From: Candidatus Rokuibacteriota bacterium
Lineage (GTDB): Bacteria; JAUVQV01; DATDCY01
Reading direction: 5' to 3'
Length of the DNA: 64,000 nt
Assembly (NCBI GenBank): GCA_031406795.1
Contig: JANOHV010000005.1
Span: 1 to 64,000, forward strand
In this document: positions 58,863 to 64,000 of the stretch, one piece after another
Numbering within the stretch: the first letter of the stretch is position 1
Layout: every line of letters starts with the position of its first letter
The notes under the pieces: model-generated
What the model was told of the DNA's origin: nothing
Databases searched by the model: none
What the model saw: the letters and a program-made list of their open reading frames with translations, nothing else
Program-made: the position numbers and the translations under genes

Positions 58863-58917
58863 CAGTACGTGCGACAGAAGTGACAATTCCCTCGCAGCGA
58901 ACTCTCCGGGCCATGTT

Positions 58918-60123
58918 TCAGTGTTTCCTCGAAGGGCGATCGTGCAGGCCCTTGAGGGCGATGCCCGACCCTGGCCCCGGCAGCGGCTGCGCGGGCTCTG
59001 AAAGCGTGAACTCCCCCGCGGCAATCCACTGCTTCAGCGTCGCGGCGATCGTGCGCGCCTTGGCGAAGCTCGAGAGCGAGACCGTCGGCACCTCGCGGCC
59101 CTGGATCGTGATGCTGCCGCTGCGCAGCTGGGCGTAGCTGACCTCCCCGAGGCTGCGCGCGACCATCTCCGGATAGTCGTGGGAGTAATCCACGATCTGG
59201 GTCACCAGGTCTTCGTCCCCGAGCGCGGCGTGGCGCATGACATCCTCGTCGAGGATCGGGATCGGCACCCCGACGCCCACCGCGAGGCTGACCCCGTAGC
59301 CCATGAAGCTCACGCCGACGACGAACTCGGGCGACATCTGCTTGAGATCGCCGGTGACCGCGAGCGTCCCCGCCCCCCCCGTGGGCACCCCGAGCGCCGT
59401 GCGCCGCACCTCGGGGTTGTGCTGGGTCCCCGGGCCGACGACGTACCCGACGCCGCCGCCGAGGAAGATGCGCGTCCCGACCCCGATCGTGCGATAGAGC
59501 GGATCCTTGAGCAGCGGAGAGAGCACGCCGGCGCTGCAGTAATTGGCGTTGCCGATGTTGGGCTTGAGGACTCCCATGTAGGTGTAGATCATCCGGTCGG
59601 AAACGTTCACTGCACAGTTGTAGTTCTGGTAGCAGTTGCGCGGGTTGAAGAGATACGCCTCGTTGACCGTCTTGAGCGAGATCGTCGTTTCGATCTCCTT
59701 ACGCGGGTAGCAGTCGGTGCCGTACCCGATTGCGCGCAGGCGCACTTCCTTGCCGGCCACGAGCTCCTGGATCACGTGCGCGCCGCCGTACGGGAACGAC
59801 CCGGGGTAGACGCGGTTCTCGGGGTCGGACTCGGGCAGTTCCGTGGCGCCCAGGTAGCAATCGACCGCCGCAAGGCCGCAGTAGGCCTCGACGTCGTTGA
59901 ACCAGGCCTTCTTCATCTTGATGCGGGGCTTGGTGTGCCCGGTGTTGACGATCGCCCCCGAGGAGCACATCGGCCCGAAGGTGCCGGTGGTGACCACGTC
60001 CACCTCGGCGGTGGCCTTGCGCAATCCCTTCTCCTTGACGAGCCGTGCGACCTCCTCGGCCGTCAGAACGACCGCCTGGCCCTTCCTGATCCTCTCGTTG
60101 ATCTCGGCAACGGTGCGTTTCAT
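58918..60123 (-). CDS. L-aspartate semialdehyde sulfurtransferase / homocysteine biosynthesis protein (COG1900, MA1821-like)
   Basis: KRTVAEINERI, VDVVTTGTFGPMCSSG, NPRNCYQNY, GTRIFLGG; adjacent NIL-ferredoxin. Confidence 0.9.
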   Translation of the reverse strand: MKRTVAEINERIRKGQAVVLTAEEVARLVKEKGLRKATAEVDVVTTGTFGPMCSSGAIVNTGHTKPRIKMKKAWFNDVEAYCGLAAVDCYLGATELPESDPENRVYPGSFPYGGAHVIQELVAGKEVRLRAIGYGTDCYPRKEIETTISLKTVNEAYLFNPRNCYQNYNCAVNVSDRMIYTYMGVLKPNIGNANYCSAGVLSPLLKDPLYRTIGVGTRIFLGGGVGYVVGPGTQHNPEVRRTALGVPTGGAGTLAVTGDLKQMSPEFVVGVSFMGYGVSLAVGVGVPIPILDEDVMRHAALGDEDLVTQIVDYSHDYPEMVARSLGEVSYAQLRSGSITIQGREVPTVSLSSFAKARTIAATLKQWIAAGEFTLSEPAQPLPGPGSGIALKGLHDRPSRKH

Positions 60124-60192
60124 GGTCCGCCTTTCTCCCGCCGGACGGGCCCGCGTCCTCTTGCGGGTCTTCGTCCAGGTTGATAGACTTAA

Positions 60193-60221
60193 ACTTTACG
60201 AAATAATACCGGAACTTGCAA
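60193..60221 (-). promoter_or_regulatory. sigma-70 promoter of homocysteine/iscS operon
   Basis: Minus strand TTGCAA-17 nt-TAAAGT. Confidence 0.5.
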
Positions 60222-60288
60222 GGTTGCTGACGCATCCAATACCAGAATACCGGCGATCAGCACAGGTGCAGAGATGCGAGGGAGGGTG

Positions 60289-60921
60289 ATGGGAAAAGTT
60301 GAGGTGCGCGCCCCCCGGTTCCCGGGGTGCTCCGCGGCGATCCTTGCCGGCGGGAAGAGTACGCGCATGGGGGCCAACAAGGCCCTTCTGGAGGTCGGCG
60401 GCAGCGGCATGCTTGGCCGCACGGCGCGGTTGCTGCGCCCCCTGGTCGACGAACTCTTCCTCGTGGCCGACGACGCCGCCCCCTATGCCGGGCTGGGGCT
60501 GCCGGTCATACCCGACGTGCACCCCGGACGCGGTGCCGCCGGCGGGATCCACGCCGCGCTGCAGCACGCGGCGCACCCGCTGGTCCTGTGCGTCGCGTGC
60601 GACATGCCGCACATCGCGCGCAGGGTGATCGAGCTGCTGCTGAACTCCGTTCGCCCCGATGACGACGCGCTGCTCCCCCGCATCGGCGGCCTGCCGGAGC
60701 CGCTGCTGGCCGTCTACGGCCGCAGCGCGCACGCGGGTTTCGAACGGGCGATCCGCGCCGGCCGCTACCGGGTGGTGGAAGCTCTCGAGGGCCTGCGCGT
60801 GCGTTACCTCGAAGAGCCGGAGTTGCGGGTCGCAGACGCCGCGCTGCGCAGCTTCGTCAACGTGAACACCCCGGGCGAACTCACCACCGCCCGCGTCGTT
60901 TCCACGCAGGGGGAGCCGTGA
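60289..60921 (+). CDS. mobA: molybdenum cofactor guanylyltransferase
   Basis: ILAGGKSTRMGANKA, VACDMP, EPLLAVY, FVNVNTP. Confidence 0.92.
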   Translation: MGKVEVRAPRFPGCSAAILAGGKSTRMGANKALLEVGGSGMLGRTARLLRPLVDELFLVADDAAPYAGLGLPVIPDVHPGRGAAGGIHAALQHAAHPLVLCVACDMPHIARRVIELLLNSVRPDDDALLPRIGGLPEPLLAVYGRSAHAGFERAIRAGRYRVVEALEGLRVRYLEEPELRVADAALRSFVNVNTPGELTTARVVSTQGEP

Positions 60922-61712
60922 CGGCGACGCACCCGCGGGCGCGCACACGCGCCGCCCGCCTCTGGCGGGACGGGGCTTTCAGCGCGGTCGAAGTCCCCGT
61001 CGCGCGGGAGATCCCCGTCAACCTCAGGCTCAACGGCCGGGAAATCATCACCCTGCTCGCGTCGGACGACGCCCTCGATTTTCTGGCCGCCGGGTTTCTC
61101 AAGGCGGAGGGTTTCGTCTCGCGCCGCGAGCAGATCGTCTCCATCAGGGTCGAACCCCGGGATGAGTCGGTGGATGTGGAGGCGACCGGGGTGGATACGC
61201 TCGCGGAGAAGCTGCTCGAGCGGCGGGCCGTAACCTCCGGTTGCGGCAAGGGAACGACGTTCACACACGCGATCGACGCGCTCCAGGCGCAGCCGGCGCC
61301 GGCGGGTCCGCAGGTGGACGCCGGCCAGCTCCGCCGGCTGATGCACGCCCTGTTGCGTGGTTCGGATCTCTACCGGGAATCCGGCGGCGTGCACAGCGCC
61401 GCACTTGCCACCACCGACGCCATCGTGATCTTCCGCGATGACATCGGGAGACACAATGCCGTCGACAAGATCCACGGCGAGTGCTTCTTGCGGGATATCC
61501 CCGTCGGGGACAAGATCCTGCTCACCACCGGCCGCATCTCCTCCGAAATCCTCGTCAAGGCCGCCAAGCTCGGCGTGGCCGTCCTCGTGTCGCGCTCGAG
61601 CCCGACCGACCTGGCACTGGAACTGGCCGGGCGCACCGGCATCACGGTGGTCGGCCAGGTCCGGGGCGGCGGCCTCACGATCTACACGGGGGAAGAGCGG
61701 GTGGGCGCATGA
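60918..61712 (+). CDS. fdhD: formate dehydrogenase accessory sulfurtransferase
   Basis: TSGCG, GGVHSAAL, DIGRHNAVDK, TGRISSEI. Confidence 0.93.
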   Translation: MTATHPRARTRAARLWRDGAFSAVEVPVAREIPVNLRLNGREIITLLASDDALDFLAAGFLKAEGFVSRREQIVSIRVEPRDESVDVEATGVDTLAEKLLERRAVTSGCGKGTTFTHAIDALQAQPAPAGPQVDAGQLRRLMHALLRGSDLYRESGGVHSAALATTDAIVIFRDDIGRHNAVDKIHGECFLRDIPVGDKILLTTGRISSEILVKAAKLGVAVLVSRSSPTDLALELAGRTGITVVGQVRGGGLTIYTGEERVGA

Positions 61713-61839
61713 ACATAGCGCGGGCGCTTCGCCCGCAAGGCTATGGAGGCTTCGGCCTGAGGACGCCGAAGTCTTACCATGCAGACAGGCACTGGGTCTG
61801 TTTCGCTGAAGAAGACAACTATTCTCGCGGATAATGCAA

Positions 61840-62301
61840 ATGTTGCCAAGAAATACTCTGCTGGCGCCGCCGGGGGGCCGCATCCTCGGGATCGACCCGG
61901 GCACGAAGACCATCGGGCTGGCGGTGAGCGACGAGCTGTTCTTCGCGGCGCACGGCCTCCCGAGCATCCCGGCACGGCCGGCCGCGAAAGCGCTGGAGGC
62001 TATCAAAGCGCTGATTTCGGACTATACTGTGTACCAGATAGTGGTGGGGTTGCCGATGAACATGGACGGGAGCATCGGCCCCAGCGCGGAGGCAGCCCAG
62101 GGGTTTGCCCGCAGCCTCGAAGTTTTGCTCCCGGGAGGTGTGTGCATGATCGACGAACGTCTGACGACCGTGCAGGCCGAGCGCACGCTGATCGAGGCGG
62201 ATGTCTCCCGGGCCAAGCGGCGCGGGCTGCGCGATCAGGTCGCGGCCGTGCTCATCCTGCAAAGTCACCTGGACAGCCGGGGCCATGCGTCTGGCGACTG
62301 A
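61840..62301 (+). CDS. ruvX: Holliday junction resolvase-like RuvX/YqgF
   Basis: ILGIDPGTKTIGLAVSD, VVGLP, IDERLTT, DQVAAVLILQ. Confidence 0.92.
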   Translation: MLPRNTLLAPPGGRILGIDPGTKTIGLAVSDELFFAAHGLPSIPARPAAKALEAIKALISDYTVYQIVVGLPMNMDGSIGPSAEAAQGFARSLEVLLPGGVCMIDERLTTVQAERTLIEADVSRAKRRGLRDQVAAVLILQSHLDSRGHASGD

Positions 62302-63334
62302 GTCCGGGCACGATGGCGCAGCCCGGCCGCACACCGGCGCGCCGCTGCTTTTCGCAACGCTGGGGAGCGGCCTGGCGCTGGCGCTGGCGCTGGCGCACCT
62401 GTTGCTGGTTGCGCCCGCCGGGACCGGTGACGGCCCGGCAGCGGTGCGCATCCCCGCCGGGGCGGACGTCCGGCAGATCGCACGCGCGCTGGCCGACGCC
62501 GGCGTCATCACCAGCCAGAAGACCTTCGTGCTGGCGGCCCGGCTGGCCGGGCTCGACCGGCGTCTGCATCCGGGCGATTACCAGCTCGACCCCGACATGA
62601 GTTTTCCGGCGCTGCTGCGCGCGCTCCGCGACGGGCGGGGCCGGACCGCCGCCGTGACCATTCCCGAGGGTTGGCGCCTCGAATCGATCGCCGAACGCCT
62701 CGCGAGTTCCGGCGTCTGCGAACGCGAGGCCTTCCTCGCGGCGGCCCGCGACCCGGCGCTGCTCGCCGAATTGTCGATCCCCGGCCCCAGCGCAGAGGGG
62801 TTCCTGTTCCCCGAGACGTACGCGCTGCGGCTCCCGAGTGCCCCGGCCGACGTGATCCGCGCCATGCACCGGCAGTTCGAGAAGATCTGGAACGAACTCG
62901 CCGCCAGCGCCCCGCCGGCGACGCTCTCGCCGCTGGCCGCGGTGACGCTCGCGAGCATCGTCGAGCGCGAGACCGCGGCGCCCGCCGAACGGCCCCTCGT
63001 GGCGGCCGTCTTCCTGAACCGGCTGCGGCTCGGGATGCCCTTGCAGGCCGACCCGACGGTCATCTACGGCCTGGAGGCGTTCGACGGCAACATCCGCAGC
63101 CGCGACCTGGCATCGGCGAACCCCTACAACACGTACGTCATCCGCGGGCTCCCGCCGGGGCCGATCGCGAGCCCCGGACGCGCTTCGCTCGCCGCGGTGC
63201 TCACCCCCGCCGCAGTGGACTATCTTTACTTCGTGGCCCGCAACGACGGCACGCACCAGTTCTCCCGCTCGCTGGCGGAGCACAACCGCGCCGTCCAGCG
63301 CTACCAGCTCGCGGGGGGGAGGCGCCGCGGATGA
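62285..63334 (+). CDS. mltG: endolytic transglycosylase MltG
   Basis: VTIPEG, EGFLFPETY, LASIVERE, LQADPT, YNTY..GLPPGPI. Confidence 0.93.
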   Translation: MRLATESGHDGAARPHTGAPLLFATLGSGLALALALAHLLLVAPAGTGDGPAAVRIPAGADVRQIARALADAGVITSQKTFVLAARLAGLDRRLHPGDYQLDPDMSFPALLRALRDGRGRTAAVTIPEGWRLESIAERLASSGVCEREAFLAAARDPALLAELSIPGPSAEGFLFPETYALRLPSAPADVIRAMHRQFEKIWNELAASAPPATLSPLAAVTLASIVERETAAPAERPLVAAVFLNRLRLGMPLQADPTVIYGLEAFDGNIRSRDLASANPYNTYVIRGLPPGPIASPGRASLAAVLTPAAVDYLYFVARNDGTHQFSRSLAEHNRAVQRYQLAGGRRRG

Positions 63335-64000
63335 CCAGGCGCCTGCGCTTCGCCGCCGCACTGCTGGTCTGCGGCCTCATCGCCGCGGCCGCCCCGGCCC
63401 GGGCCACTCTGTACTCGTTCGTCGATGAGAACGGCGTCACGCACTACACGAACGTGCCGAGCGACCCGCGGTTCCGCAAGGTTCCCGGAAGCGCCCCGCC
63501 GCCCGCAGGCCGCTCCGGCTCCGCCAGCCTGACCGCGGAGAAGTACGAAACCGAGATCGCCCGGTGCGCCGACGACCACGGGGTGGACAGCGCGTTGGTG
63601 AAAGCGGTCATCAAGGCCGAGTCCAACTACGACAACCGCGCCATCTCGCGCGCCGGGGCCCAGGGCCTGATGCAGCTGATGCCCGCGACCGCGAGGCTGC
63701 GCAACGTCGACAATCCCTTCAACCCGGAGCAGAATATCGACGGCGGGGTGCGCCACCTCAAGCACCTGCTGAAGACCTTCAACGGCGACACCAAGCTCGC
63801 GCTGGCGGCCTACAATGCCGGCGAGAACGCGGTGCGCAAGTACAACAACAGCGTGCCCCCGTACCCGGAGACGAAGAACTACGTCTCCACGGTGCTCTCG
63901 CACTACGGGCGCTACAGCGGGCTGGTTCCGGGTGCCGGGGCGGGCCCGATCGCCGCGGCGCCCCAGACCGCCCGGATCCAGGAGTTCGTGAACGCCGAGG
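63331..64000 (+). CDS. lytic transglycosylase (SLT domain) with DUF4124-like N-terminus; 3' end outside window
   Basis: Manual translation: YSFVDENGVTHYTNVP, AVIKAESNY, SRAGAQGLMQLMP, ALAAYNAGE, ETKNYV. Confidence 0.9.
   Translation, partial: MTRRLRFAAALLVCGLIAAAAPARATLYSFVDENGVTHYTNVPSDPRFRKVPGSAPPPAGRSGSASLTAEKYETEIARCADDHGVDSALVKAVIKAESNYDNRAISRAGAQGLMQLMPATARLRNVDNPFNPEQNIDGGVRHLKHLLKTFNGDTKLALAAYNAGENAVRKYNNSVPPYPETKNYVSTVLSHYGRYSGLVPGAGAGPIAAAPQTARIQEFVNAE

Overview
High-GC bacterial chromosomal segment with a Desulfobacterota/Nitrospirota-like gene complement (taxonomy is inference only). No rRNA, tRNA, CRISPR array, integrase or transposase was seen. Housekeeping blocks are purB-walJ-dut-M16 peptidase-pnp-rpsO, truB, dnaJ-hspR, efp-epmA, wrbA, mfd-PPIases, iscS/homocysteine synthesis and mobA-fdhD-ruvX-mltG. 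They flank a ~19 kb sulfur/redox island (18.3-37.7 kb). This island encodes two DsrE/TusA-type sulfur-relay clusters, a YeeE/YedE transporter with a GGYGSP-repeat extension, a His-rich beta-propeller with one CxxCH, a diheme cytochrome, NosL, a fused ABC transporter, radical SAM enzymes and glycosyltransferases. Its most notable gene is one the ORF track splits in two: an apparent selenocysteine-containing 11-heme cytochrome c fused to tandem rhodanese domains (in-frame UGA at 29289-29291 followed by a SECIS-like hairpin). Other highlights are a large heme-tipped Calx-beta surface protein inserted between truB and rpsO, a HAIR operator upstream of dnaJ-hspR-sigma factor, and several dispersed intergenic repeat families, one showing compensatory base changes and a consistent position just after stop codons. 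All product calls come from motif recognition by eye; no database searches were run.
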